NCBI GenBank assembly: GCA_963783385.1
Contig: CAWANJ010000002.1
Span: 256,001-320,000 of the forward strand
Reading direction: 5' to 3'
DNA: 64,000 nucleotides
Source: an uncultured Gemmatimonadales bacterium
Lineage (GTDB): Bacteria; Gemmatimonadota; Gemmatimonadetes; Palauibacterales; Palauibacteraceae
The position numbers and the translations under genes were made by a program. This document shows positions 20,347-29,512 of this stretch, piece after piece. Positions within the stretch are counted from its first letter, which is position 1, and the number at the start of each line of letters is the position of its first letter. The notes under the pieces were generated by a model. That model ran no database searches, was not told where the DNA came from, and saw nothing but the letters and a program-made list of their open reading frames with translations.

Positions 20347-22140
20347 ATGATGCGCGCGTGCTCGATCGGGTCCGGACGGAGTCCCATCCTCGCCGTGCTG
20401 GCGGGGATCCTGTTCGCGGCGCTGACGTCGGCCGCACCCCGGAGCCTGCGGGCCCAGCAGGGCGGAGCCGAAGCGGACACGACGCCGACGTGGCCCGAGA
20501 TCACCCCGGCCGACCTGGAGGCGGCCCTCAAGATCATGGGGCTCTCCTACACGGGGTCCGAGCTCGACACGCTGCTGGCCCGGCGCGGGCGCTTCGGGAA
20601 TGACTTCTCCGGTCGGGGAGACCGGCGGAACGCCTACGCGGCCCTCCGCTCGGTGCCGCTCTCGAACGCGGACCGGCCGGCGCTCTTCTTCCGCCCGCTG
20701 CCTCCGGCCGAGCCGATCGCCGATCGGGCCCCCGAACTCGCCCCCGTTCCGACGGGGGTGAAGCGCCCGGCGAAGCTGGAGGACGTGGCCTTCTGGCCCA
20801 TTCCGAAGCTGGCCGCCCTGCTGCGCTCCGGTCAGGTGACCTCGGTCGAGCTCACGCGCATGTACCTGGCCCGCCTTCGGCGCTACGACCCGGAGCTGCA
20901 TGCCGTCGTGACGCTCACCGACAGCCTCGCTCTCGCCCAGGCGCGCCGGGCCGACAGCGACTTCGCGGCCGGGAAGGTGAAGAGCCTGGTCCAGGGCATC
21001 CCGTTCGGAGTCAAGGACCTGTACGCCGTGCCCGGCTACCCGACCACCTGGGGCGCGAGGCCCTACGAGCACCAGGTGATCGACGAGACGGCGACACCGG
21101 TGCGGAAGCTGGAGGACGCGGGCGCCGTGCTGGTCGCCAAGCTCACCTCCGGGGCCCTGGCCATGGGCGACGTGTGGTTCGGCGGCATGACGCGGAATCC
21201 GTGGAACACCGAGGAAGGCTCCAGCGGCTCCTCGGCCGGGCCGGCCGCGGCGGTCTCCGCCGGGCTGGTGCCCTTCGCCCTGGGCACCGAGACGCTGGGC
21301 TCCATCGTGTCCCCCTCGACGCGCACCGGGATCACGGGCCTGCGGCCCAGCTTCGGCCGGGTGAGCAAGCACGGCGTCATGGCACTGTCCTGGACGATGG
21401 ACAAGGCCGGGCCGCTGTGCCGCGACGCCTCCGACTGCGCCATCGTATTCAACGTGATCCGTGGGACCGACCCGGCCGACCCCTCCGCCGTGGGCGGCCC
21501 CTTCCCCTACCGGGACGGGACGAAGCTCTCCGACCTGAGGATCGGCTACCTGAAATCCGCCTTCGACGGGGAACGGCAGGGTGGGGAGCTCGATCGCGCC
21601 GTGCTGGACGTGCTTCGGGCCCGGGGCGCCAGACTGGTCCCGCTGGAGCTTCCCGACCTCCCGGTCAACGCGATGCGTATCATTCTGGACGCCGAGGCCG
21701 CCGCGGCCTTCGACACCCTGACCCGCTCGAACCGGGACTCGCTCCTCGTGCGGCAGACCTCGAACGCGTGGCCGAACATCTTCCGGTCGGCGCGCTTCAT
21801 TCCGGCCGTCGAGTACATCGAAGCCAACCGCGTGCGCCGGATTCTCCAGGAGAGGATGCGCGACCTCCTGAAGGGCGTGGACGTGTACGTGTCGCCCGCC
21901 TTCGCGGGAGGGAACCTGCTGGTCACCAACCTCACCGGGCATCCCTGCGTGGCGGTGCCGGACGGATTCCGGAAGAACGGCGATCCGGCCAGCATCACGT
22001 TTTGCGGCCGCATGTACGGAGAGGCGGCCGCGCTCGAGGCGGCCGCCGCCTACCAGGCCGCCACGCCCTGGGAGGAGGCGCACCCGGAGGCGTTCGGAGG
22101 TCACGGACGGCCGCAGGCGACGTCCGGAGGCGGTCGCTGA
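20347..22140 (+). CDS. Secreted amidase-signature family hydrolase
   Basis: Signal peptide. Motifs GIPFGVKD, GSSGSSAG and GTETLGSIVSPS. Confidence 0.88.
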   Translation: MMRACSIGSGRSPILAVLAGILFAALTSAAPRSLRAQQGGAEADTTPTWPEITPADLEAALKIMGLSYTGSELDTLLARRGRFGNDFSGRGDRRNAYAALRSVPLSNADRPALFFRPLPPAEPIADRAPELAPVPTGVKRPAKLEDVAFWPIPKLAALLRSGQVTSVELTRMYLARLRRYDPELHAVVTLTDSLALAQARRADSDFAAGKVKSLVQGIPFGVKDLYAVPGYPTTWGARPYEHQVIDETATPVRKLEDAGAVLVAKLTSGALAMGDVWFGGMTRNPWNTEEGSSGSSAGPAAAVSAGLVPFALGTETLGSIVSPSTRTGITGLRPSFGRVSKHGVMALSWTMDKAGPLCRDASDCAIVFNVIRGTDPADPSAVGGPFPYRDGTKLSDLRIGYLKSAFDGERQGGELDRAVLDVLRARGARLVPLELPDLPVNAMRIILDAEAAAAFDTLTRSNRDSLLVRQTSNAWPNIFRSARFIPAVEYIEANRVRRILQERMRDLLKGVDVYVSPAFAGGNLLVTNLTGHPCVAVPDGFRKNGDPASITFCGRMYGEAAALEAAAAYQAATPWEEAHPEAFGGHGRPQATSGGGR

Positions 22141-22157
22141 GGGCTCGGAGGAGGCCC

Positions 22158-22418
22158 ATGACGTCCCGATCAATGGACACGGTGCTGACGACCGCTCGCG
22201 TCGTGGCGTGCGCCATGGCGCTGGGCGTCGTGCTCCTGTGGGTCGTGGCCTGGTTCATCGTGAGCGGGGCGGGAAGCGGCATGGCGCGGACCGCCTTCCT
22301 GGGGCCCCGGGCCGCCCTGGAAGTGCGGGGCGTCGCGGCCCTCGGCGGTCTCGTGGGCGCGCTGGCGCTGCGTGGTCGCGCCGTGCGGGCCGGTCGGGAG
22401 TGGTTCGAGGGACGCTGA
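22158..22418 (+). CDS. Small hypothetical membrane protein (possibly truncated)
   Basis: SD GGAGGAGG before ATG. 86 aa with two hydrophobic segments. Confidence 0.45.
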   Translation: MTSRSMDTVLTTARVVACAMALGVVLLWVVAWFIVSGAGSGMARTAFLGPRAALEVRGVAALGGLVGALALRGRAVRAGREWFEGR

Positions 22419-22751
22419 TCACGCGGAGCTCTTCCACCGCGTCACGGCGTCGGGCGTCGCTCCCCGAGCACGCACTCCGCGGCCTTCCCCGATCCCCCCG
22501 ACCGTCCGGCGACCCTCTGCGGACGCCTCCGGCGCTCTCCGGTCTCCTCCGCCCCGCTCCGGTCGGCTCCCGCCCTGTCCCGCGGCGAGCTGCCGGACCG
22601 CCCCGCCGCGACCCGGAGCCGACGACCCTCTGTGAAACCTTTACGTCTACAGGTGTACTAGTATCGGATTTGGCAAGCCGGAACGCGGACAAACCCTTGT
22701 GATGACAGGCGTTCCGTTCGGGCGTGGCCCTTGCTGGAGCACCGCCGTGTG

Positions 22752-23606
22752 ATGAAGAAGCTGGGTCGGCACCTGCTGGTGCTCGTGTGGATCGCGGTCG
22801 CGGCCGTCCCCCTCGTCTGGGGACTGCCCTACTACCGTCTTTCTCCCATGCAGCGCGCCTACTCCCCCCTCGACCACCTGTTCTCCTCGACCGGCCTCGT
22901 GGGCCACGGCCTGGGCGTCATCGGAACCCTGATGCTGGTCGTGGGCGTGGGGACCTACTCGGTCCGAAAGCGCGTGAAGCGGTTCAACCGGGCTGGCAAC
23001 CTGAGCGGGTGGTTGGACTTCCACATCTTCCTGTGCACCCTGGGACCCTTCCTGGTGGTCCTGCACACCGGCTTCAAGGTCAACGGCATCGTGGCCATCG
23101 CCTTCTGGAGCATGGTGATCGTGGTGGCCAGCGGCGTGTTCGGCCGCTACGTGTACGTGCGCATCCCCAAGACGCTGAACGGGCAGTTCCTGTCGCTGCA
23201 GGCCCTCGAGGAGCGCCAGCGCGAGCTGCTGGAGGAGATCCGGGGGGATGTGGGAGAGGAGGTCGCCGCCCTCATCGCGCCCGAGCCGCTGGCCATGCCG
23301 GAGCGGACGGGCTTCCTGAGGGCCGCGATCGAGGCGGTGCGCTTCGACCTCCGCTCGCGGGGCCAGCGGCGGAGGATGCGGCGCTCGCTGGAGGGTCGAG
23401 ACCTGCCCGAGTCGGTCCGCAGCCACGCCCTCGCGCTGGCACAGGAGAGGGCGCGGCTCCGGCAGCAGATCCTCCTCCTCACCCCCTTTCAACGCGCATT
23501 CCGCTACTGGCACGCCTTCCACCTGCCGCTCGCCTACGTGATGCTGGTCGTGGTGGCCGTGCACGTCGCGGTGGCCTTCCTGTTCGGCTACAAGTGGATC
23601 TTCTGA
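22752..23606 (+). CDS. Ferric-reductase/cytochrome-b-like inner membrane protein of the multiheme cluster
   Basis: About 5-6 TM segments. His in WLDFH, VVLHTGF, YWHAFHLPL and VAVHV are candidate heme b ligands. Central helical soluble domain. Alternative TTG start at 22731. Confidence 0.7.
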   Translation: MKKLGRHLLVLVWIAVAAVPLVWGLPYYRLSPMQRAYSPLDHLFSSTGLVGHGLGVIGTLMLVVGVGTYSVRKRVKRFNRAGNLSGWLDFHIFLCTLGPFLVVLHTGFKVNGIVAIAFWSMVIVVASGVFGRYVYVRIPKTLNGQFLSLQALEERQRELLEEIRGDVGEEVAALIAPEPLAMPERTGFLRAAIEAVRFDLRSRGQRRRMRRSLEGRDLPESVRSHALALAQERARLRQQILLLTPFQRAFRYWHAFHLPLAYVMLVVVAVHVAVAFLFGYKWIF

Positions 23607-25114
23607 GCGGCCGGGCCGGGGTGCGCCGGGCGCTGGCGGGAGTGCCGCTGGCGCTCCTCCTCCTGCTCGGCGGGACACACGGGGCGGCGGCCCAGCTCAT
23701 CTCCCCGGGCAAGCTGGCGGCCGCCCACTCGGACCTCGAGGGGATCCGGCGCTGCACGTCGTGCCACGAGCTCGGCAAGCGCGGGGTCTCGGATGCGAAG
23801 TGCCTCGCCTGCCACACGCCGCTCGAGGCACGCATCGAAGCGAAGAAGGGCTACCACGCCACCCTGGTCGGGCAGCCGTGCGCCTCCTGCCACAAGGACC
23901 ACCTGGGGCCGGACGCGGCGCTGGTCCGCTTCGACACGACGGCCTTCGATCACTCCAGGACCGGCTACCGGCTGGATGGAAAGCACGCAGGGGCCGCCTG
24001 CCACTCGTGCCACAAGCCCGCCTTCATCACGGCCTCCGACGTGCGCGCCTTCAAGGGCCGCCACGGCACCCTGGCCAGCACCTACCTGGGCCTGGGGACC
24101 GCGTGCGTGGACTGTCACACCAGCGATGATCCGCACCACGGACAGTTCCAGGGCCGGGCCTGTTCGAGTTGCCACACGACCGAGACGTGGAAGAAGGCGC
24201 CCGGCTTCGACCACGACCGGGCGCGCTACCGGCTGACCGGTGCGCACCGCACGGTGGACTGCGAGAAGTGCCACCGCACGGAGAGGAACTCGTCCGGACA
24301 CTGGGTGCGCTACACCAGCCTCTCCTTCGGGAAGTGCACGTCGTGCCACGAGGATCCCCACGGCGGCGGCATGGGGCCCGAGTGCACGTCGTGCCACACG
24401 ACGTCCGGCTGGAAGAAGCTCGACCGGAGCACGTTCGAACGGCGCTTCGACCATGCGAAGACCGACTTCAAGCTGGTGGGCCGGCACGCCTCCATCTCGT
24501 GCGCCAGCTGCCACGTGACCGGTACGGCGCCGGACAGCTCGATTCGCATGGCCTTCAAGCCCGGCACGTCGAGCCGGCCGTATCCGCCGCCCGTGGCGAA
24601 CAACTGCAGGTCCTGTCACCTGGACTACCACCACGGGGTGTTCGACACGCTCGCCGACAGCGGGGCGTGCGGGTCCTGCCACACGCAGGACGACTGGAAG
24701 CCTTCCACCTTCGACCTCTTCCGGCACGACCGGGAGACGACCTACAAGCTGGAGGGGGCGCACAGGGCCGTCCCGTGCGAGGGGTGCCACGACAACCCGA
24801 AGCTCGGGCAGACGTACCTCACTTTCCGCTTCGACCACGTGACCTGCCGGACCTGTCACGAGCGCACCGACGACCCGCATCACGGACAGTTCGGGGACGC
24901 GGCGTGCGAGAGCTGCCACACGGACGCGTCGTTTCAGGACGCACCCCGCTTCGACCACGGCCGCACGCGCTTCCCGCTCACGGGTGCCCACGCCGACGTC
25001 CCGTGCGCCTCGTGTCACAAGAAGGAACGCTTCCCGGACGGGTCGATGGTCGTCCGCTACCGGCCGCTCGGCATCGAATGCCGGGACTGCCACGCCAACC
25101 GTGGAGCCGCATGA
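23594..25114 (+). CDS. Secreted multiheme cytochrome c, 17 CxxCH motifs
   Basis: Signal peptide ending AAA-Q. 17 CxxCH counted, in repeating FDH...L.GxH...CxxCH modules. Overlaps the upstream gene; start GTG 23594 or 23621. Confidence 0.92.
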   Translation: MDLLSGRAGVRRALAGVPLALLLLLGGTHGAAAQLISPGKLAAAHSDLEGIRRCTSCHELGKRGVSDAKCLACHTPLEARIEAKKGYHATLVGQPCASCHKDHLGPDAALVRFDTTAFDHSRTGYRLDGKHAGAACHSCHKPAFITASDVRAFKGRHGTLASTYLGLGTACVDCHTSDDPHHGQFQGRACSSCHTTETWKKAPGFDHDRARYRLTGAHRTVDCEKCHRTERNSSGHWVRYTSLSFGKCTSCHEDPHGGGMGPECTSCHTTSGWKKLDRSTFERRFDHAKTDFKLVGRHASISCASCHVTGTAPDSSIRMAFKPGTSSRPYPPPVANNCRSCHLDYHHGVFDTLADSGACGSCHTQDDWKPSTFDLFRHDRETTYKLEGAHRAVPCEGCHDNPKLGQTYLTFRFDHVTCRTCHERTDDPHHGQFGDAACESCHTDASFQDAPRFDHGRTRFPLTGAHADVPCASCHKKERFPDGSMVVRYRPLGIECRDCHANRGAA

Positions 25115-26181
25115 TGCGCCACCGTTCGATCGCGCTGGCCGGTGTCCTGGCCCTCGCTCTCGGGGCGGGGCCCCTCGGGGCGCAGCAGAGCCTTCCCAAC
25201 CCGCACGGGCCACTTCCCAGCGGCCTCGATTGCTCGGACTGCCACACGGCCGCCAGCTGGAAGCCCGCGCACATTCCGGCCGACTTCGACCACGGCACGT
25301 TGTCGGGCTTCGCGCTCGACGGCCGGCATGCGAGCGTCTCGTGCACGGGCTGCCACCTGGATCTGAAGTTCGACGCTCCGAGGATCGCGCAGAACGACTG
25401 CGCCTCCTGCCACGCCGACTTCCACCACGGCCAGTTCGCGCAGGGATGCGGGGAATGCCACAACACGACGTCGTTCGCGGACGTCCCGGCGATCCGGATC
25501 CACGCGCAGTCGGGCTTCCCGCTCACCGGGGCGCACCTGCAGATCAGCTGCCAGAGCTGCCACTACGACGCCCGCGGCGGGAACTACCAGAACCTGGACC
25601 GGCAGTGCATCGCCTGCCATCGGAAGGAGTTTGAGACCGTCAAGTCGATCGACCACGTCGCGCAGGGCTTCCCCACGACCTGTCTGCAGTGCCACGACAC
25701 CCGCGCGTGGGCCGACGCTCCCGCGTTCGACCACTCCATGACGGGCTTCCCGCTGGTCGGCGCGCACGTCAGGCTGAGGTGTGCGAGCTGCCACATCCAG
25801 CCCGGCAACGCGCTCAAGTTCAACGCGAGTGGCCCCAACGACTGCATCGCCTGTCACCAGGCCGACTTCGAGAGGGCCCACGACAACAACGGCTTCCCGA
25901 CGACCTGCTTGGACTGCCACACGGTCGACTCCTTCCACGGGGCCGACTTCGACCACGACGGGAAGTTCTTCCCGATCTTCTCGGGAGCCCACAAGGGACG
26001 GTGGAACGCCTGTACGGACTGTCACCAGGCCGCGCCCAGTGACTACAGTTCCTTCACCTGCACGTCGGGAGGATGTCATGCGCAGGGCGAGACCGACGCC
26101 AGGCACCAGGAGGTGCGGAACTACGTGTACGACAGCCAGGCCTGTTACGCCTGCCACGCGTCGGGGCGCGGCGGTGATTGA
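25111..26181 (+). CDS. Secreted multiheme cytochrome c, 12 CxxCH + 1 CX4CH
   Basis: ATGA overlap with the upstream gene. Signal peptide MMRHRSIALAGVLALALGAGPLGA-Q. Heme motifs counted from the translation. Confidence 0.92.
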   Translation: MMRHRSIALAGVLALALGAGPLGAQQSLPNPHGPLPSGLDCSDCHTAASWKPAHIPADFDHGTLSGFALDGRHASVSCTGCHLDLKFDAPRIAQNDCASCHADFHHGQFAQGCGECHNTTSFADVPAIRIHAQSGFPLTGAHLQISCQSCHYDARGGNYQNLDRQCIACHRKEFETVKSIDHVAQGFPTTCLQCHDTRAWADAPAFDHSMTGFPLVGAHVRLRCASCHIQPGNALKFNASGPNDCIACHQADFERAHDNNGFPTTCLDCHTVDSFHGADFDHDGKFFPIFSGAHKGRWNACTDCHQAAPSDYSSFTCTSGGCHAQGETDARHQEVRNYVYDSQACYACHASGRGGD

Positions 26182-27928
26182 GCGACGTGGGACGCGGGCG
26201 GGCGGGACCGAGGTGACCCACGCCGGACGACGCCGGGCCCGGATGGCGATCGGAGCGGCGGTGGCCCTGGCCTCGACGGCAATGGTCGGGCCGGCCCCGG
26301 CCGCCGCTGCGCCGATTCGATCCGATACGGTTCCGCCGGCCGCGGCCGATACCGCGGCCCGCCGCGGAGTCGTGGCGGCGCTCGTGGACCAGATCGCCGG
26401 GACCACCCTCTACCTGCGTGCGGGCAAGGACGCCGGGCTCGCGGCCGGCGACACGATCGCGGTGTCGCGCGACAGCGCCGGCGCCATCGTCGGTCGGTTC
26501 ACCGTCATCGCGGCGACGGCCGAACGCTCGGTGGTGACCTTCGAGGGCGCTACCTTCCCGGTCACGCGGGGCCAGACCCTCTACCTGCGTCTCGGGGCCG
26601 CCGCGCCCGTCGTGGCCGGGGCCGGGGAGACGGAGCGTGCCGGTGGGGGCGGAGCCGTCGGCGGGGCGGCGGCCGCCGGTCGGGCGGCCGGTGCGATGGC
26701 TCGGGGAAGCGGGGAGCCGACGAGCGGGCCGTCCGGACCGACCGCCACCGGTCGTGTGTCCCTCGACCTCGACCTGCGCCGCTCGGTGACCAAGTTCGGC
26801 GGCGGCGACCCGGTGAGCACGACCCGCACGTTCGCCACCCCCTCGCTGTGGCTCCAGACCGCCGTCCGGGACCTCCCGGGCGGGCTCAGCCTGGACGCCA
26901 GCGCCCGCGTGTCGCAGCGCATCAGCAGCCCCTCCATCGTGGATCCCCGCACGGCGCCCGAGATCTACGAGGCCTCGCTCGACAAGCGGTTCGGCGATGT
27001 CCCCCTCGACCTCCGTCTCGGGCGCTTCTACAGCCCGTACGATCCCTTCGGCGGCTACTGGGACGGCCTGTCGCTTCACTACGGGAGCACCTTCGGGGGC
27101 GGGGTCATGGCCGGGTTCGAGCCCAAGCGCAGCAACCAGGCGCCCCAGGGAGAGCTACCCAAGGCCAGCGCCTTCCTGGACTATCGATCGGCGCCGGGCG
27201 CCGGCGTGGGTTACAACGGCACGCTCTCCTTCACGGCCATGCGTCCCACGGCGAGCAGCGGCCTGGCCGACCACACCTTCGCGAGCATGTCCCAGCGGCT
27301 CCGGGTGGGCCGCTGGTACCTGACCCAGGACGCCCAGGTGGACCGGGGCGCGGCTGGCACGGGCTGGACCCTGACGCGGGCGCGGCTGTGGGCCTCGGGT
27401 CCGGTGACGAAGGAGCTGTCCCTGCGCGGCGGCGTGTCCCGGTACAGGCCCTACCTGTACTGGATGTCGGACAGCGTGCTCATCTCCTACCGCCGGGACG
27501 AGGCCAGGGGAGGCTTTACGCTGCGGCTGCCGGGCGCGTGGATCGGGGCCGACGCCGGGATCGACCACGACGAGGGGGTCGGGACCGGCCACACCTTCTC
27601 CGGCTACTTCGGTCTGAGCCGGATCACGCCGCTCGACCTGGGCTTCGATGCGTCGGCGAGCTGGTTCACGAACGGGACGACGCGCGTGCTGACCGCCTCG
27701 GCACACTTCACGAAGGCTCTCGGACGCGTGAGCGCCCGGCTGGGCTACGACCTGTACCGCTCGGAGGCTCCCCAGGGCTTCTGGATCATGAGCCACGCGG
27801 CGGACCTGGGCCTCGACGTCCCCCTGTCGGGCGGCTTCCACTACTCGATCCTGGGACAGTTCCGGATCGGCGGCGGCCTGGGCGAGACGCGCCTGTATAC
27901 GAGCCTTTCCAAGTTCTTCGGCCCATGA
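26174..27928 (+). CDS. Putative outer-membrane beta-barrel (porin-like) protein with small N-terminal beta domain
   Basis: Signal peptide and Ala/Gly linker, then about 390 aa of alternating amphipathic strands rich in G/Y/F/W/S, ending LYTSLSKFFGP. Start 26174, 26213 or 26243. Confidence 0.65.
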   Translation: MIERRGTRAGGTEVTHAGRRRARMAIGAAVALASTAMVGPAPAAAAPIRSDTVPPAAADTAARRGVVAALVDQIAGTTLYLRAGKDAGLAAGDTIAVSRDSAGAIVGRFTVIAATAERSVVTFEGATFPVTRGQTLYLRLGAAAPVVAGAGETERAGGGGAVGGAAAAGRAAGAMARGSGEPTSGPSGPTATGRVSLDLDLRRSVTKFGGGDPVSTTRTFATPSLWLQTAVRDLPGGLSLDASARVSQRISSPSIVDPRTAPEIYEASLDKRFGDVPLDLRLGRFYSPYDPFGGYWDGLSLHYGSTFGGGVMAGFEPKRSNQAPQGELPKASAFLDYRSAPGAGVGYNGTLSFTAMRPTASSGLADHTFASMSQRLRVGRWYLTQDAQVDRGAAGTGWTLTRARLWASGPVTKELSLRGGVSRYRPYLYWMSDSVLISYRRDEARGGFTLRLPGAWIGADAGIDHDEGVGTGHTFSGYFGLSRITPLDLGFDASASWFTNGTTRVLTASAHFTKALGRVSARLGYDLYRSEAPQGFWIMSHAADLGLDVPLSGGFHYSILGQFRIGGGLGETRLYTSLSKFFGP

Positions 27929-29301
27929 GCGACGGCGCCATCATCCTGGCCGCGGGCCTGTCGCTGGCCCTCGTCTTCATGGTGCCGTTCGTGATTCGGC
28001 TCCGGCGCCGGGAGGCGGCCACGCGCGAGGCGGAACTCCAGGCCCTGCGCTACGGGCTGCACGAGCCGGTGACGCTCCACCCCGTGGTGGATCCCGACGT
28101 GTGCATCGGATCGGGCGCCTGCGTCCGCGCCTGCCCGGAGGTGGACGTGCTCGGTCTCATCGATGGGCAGGCCAGGGCCGTGGCCCCGGGACGCTGCGTG
28201 GGCCACGGCCTGTGCGAACGCTCCTGCCCCGTGGACGCCATTCAACTGGTGTTCGGAACCGAGAAGCGGGGCGTCGATCTCCCCCGCATTCAGGGCAACT
28301 TCGAGACGAACGTGCCGGGCCTGTACGTGGTGGGCGAGCTGGGCGGCATGGGACTCATCCGCAACGCGTTCGCCCAGGGACGCCAGTGCGTGGAAGGCAT
28401 CGCCCGGGACCTCCGCCAGAACGGCGGCCACCGATCGGCCGGCACCGGCGACCCGGGTCGGGTGCGGGGCGGGAACGGAGGGGCCCCCGACCCCCTGGAC
28501 GTGGTCGTGGTGGGCTGCGGCCCGGCCGGCCTCTCCGCTTCGCTCGAGTGCCTGGAGCGCGGCCTCCGCTTCACGACCATCGAGCGCGAGTCGGACCTGG
28601 GCGGCACGGTGCGTCACTACCCGCGCAAAAAGCTCGTGATGACCTCCTCGTTCAGCATTCCGGGTCATGGGAAGGTGAAGGCGGGGGAGATCCAGAAGGA
28701 TGGCCTCATCGGCCTGTGGCGTAGCGTGCTCGACGAGAGCGGGCTCGAGGTCAACCGAGGTGAGACAGTCCTCGAGGTCAATCGTGCCAACGGCAATGGA
28801 TTTCATGTTGTTACGGACAGGCAAAGATACAGCACGCGCCGGGTGGTCCTCGCCATCGGACGGCGGGGCGTACCGCGCACGCTCGGGGTCCCGGGCGAAG
28901 ACCTGCCCAATGTGGCGTACTCGCTGCGCGAGCCGGAGGCGTACCAGGGTGACCGCGTGCTCGTCGTCGGGGGAGGCGACTCGGCGGTCGAGGCCGCCCT
29001 GGCCCTGTCGTCCGAGTCCGGGAACACGGTGAGGCTCTCCTACCGCGGCGAGCGGTTCACGCGCATCAAGCCGGCCAACCACGACCGCGTCGAGGCGGCG
29101 ATCGCCGGTGGGAAGCTGGAGGTGCTGTTCGGCACGAACGTGGCCGAGATCGCGCTGGACCACGTCGTGCTGGAGGACGGAGAGGGACGGAGCCACACCG
29201 TCCCCAACGACCAGGTGCTCGTGTTCATTGGCGGCACGCTCCCCACGCCCTTCCTGAAGGCGTGCGGGATCGCCGTCGACACCAAGTTCGGTACCGTCTG
29301 A
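27925..29301 (+). CDS. Membrane-anchored Fe-S ferredoxin / TrxR-like NAD(P)H:FAD oxidoreductase
   Basis: N-terminal TM. Fe-S motifs CIGSGACVRACP and CVGHGLCERSCP. Flavoprotein motifs TNVPGLYVVGE, VVGCGPAG, LAIGRRG and VVGGGDSA...SYR. ATGA overlap with the barrel gene. Confidence 0.88.
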   Translation: MSDGAIILAAGLSLALVFMVPFVIRLRRREAATREAELQALRYGLHEPVTLHPVVDPDVCIGSGACVRACPEVDVLGLIDGQARAVAPGRCVGHGLCERSCPVDAIQLVFGTEKRGVDLPRIQGNFETNVPGLYVVGELGGMGLIRNAFAQGRQCVEGIARDLRQNGGHRSAGTGDPGRVRGGNGGAPDPLDVVVVGCGPAGLSASLECLERGLRFTTIERESDLGGTVRHYPRKKLVMTSSFSIPGHGKVKAGEIQKDGLIGLWRSVLDESGLEVNRGETVLEVNRANGNGFHVVTDRQRYSTRRVVLAIGRRGVPRTLGVPGEDLPNVAYSLREPEAYQGDRVLVVGGGDSAVEAALALSSESGNTVRLSYRGERFTRIKPANHDRVEAAIAGGKLEVLFGTNVAEIALDHVVLEDGEGRSHTVPNDQVLVFIGGTLPTPFLKACGIAVDTKFGTV

Positions 29302-29512
29302 GCTGACGCGTCTCCCTCCCGCGCGGGAGGCGCCGCCGTACCGTGGCCCGGACCGCGAGAGGCTTCGCGGACGCCCGAGGCCGTGGAGGAGGTCCCCGGC
29401 CACGCGGTTCGAGCCGGCCGGAGGCCCGAAGCCCACCCGCTTCCCGCGCGCGGGTCACTGCCCACGTGTGACGTCCTATGTTGGGCGTCCCTGAACGCGA
29501 TGGAGCGCCCCG

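Noticed and set aside
22630-22648. Rex or CRP site at TGTGAAACCTTTACG
   Set aside because: Only the left half-site matches, so it is not called as a feature.
22670-22687. TGGCAAG...GC as a sigma54 promoter for the cytochrome operon
   Set aside because: GG-to-GC spacing is 11 rather than the required 10, and the TTGC element is absent.
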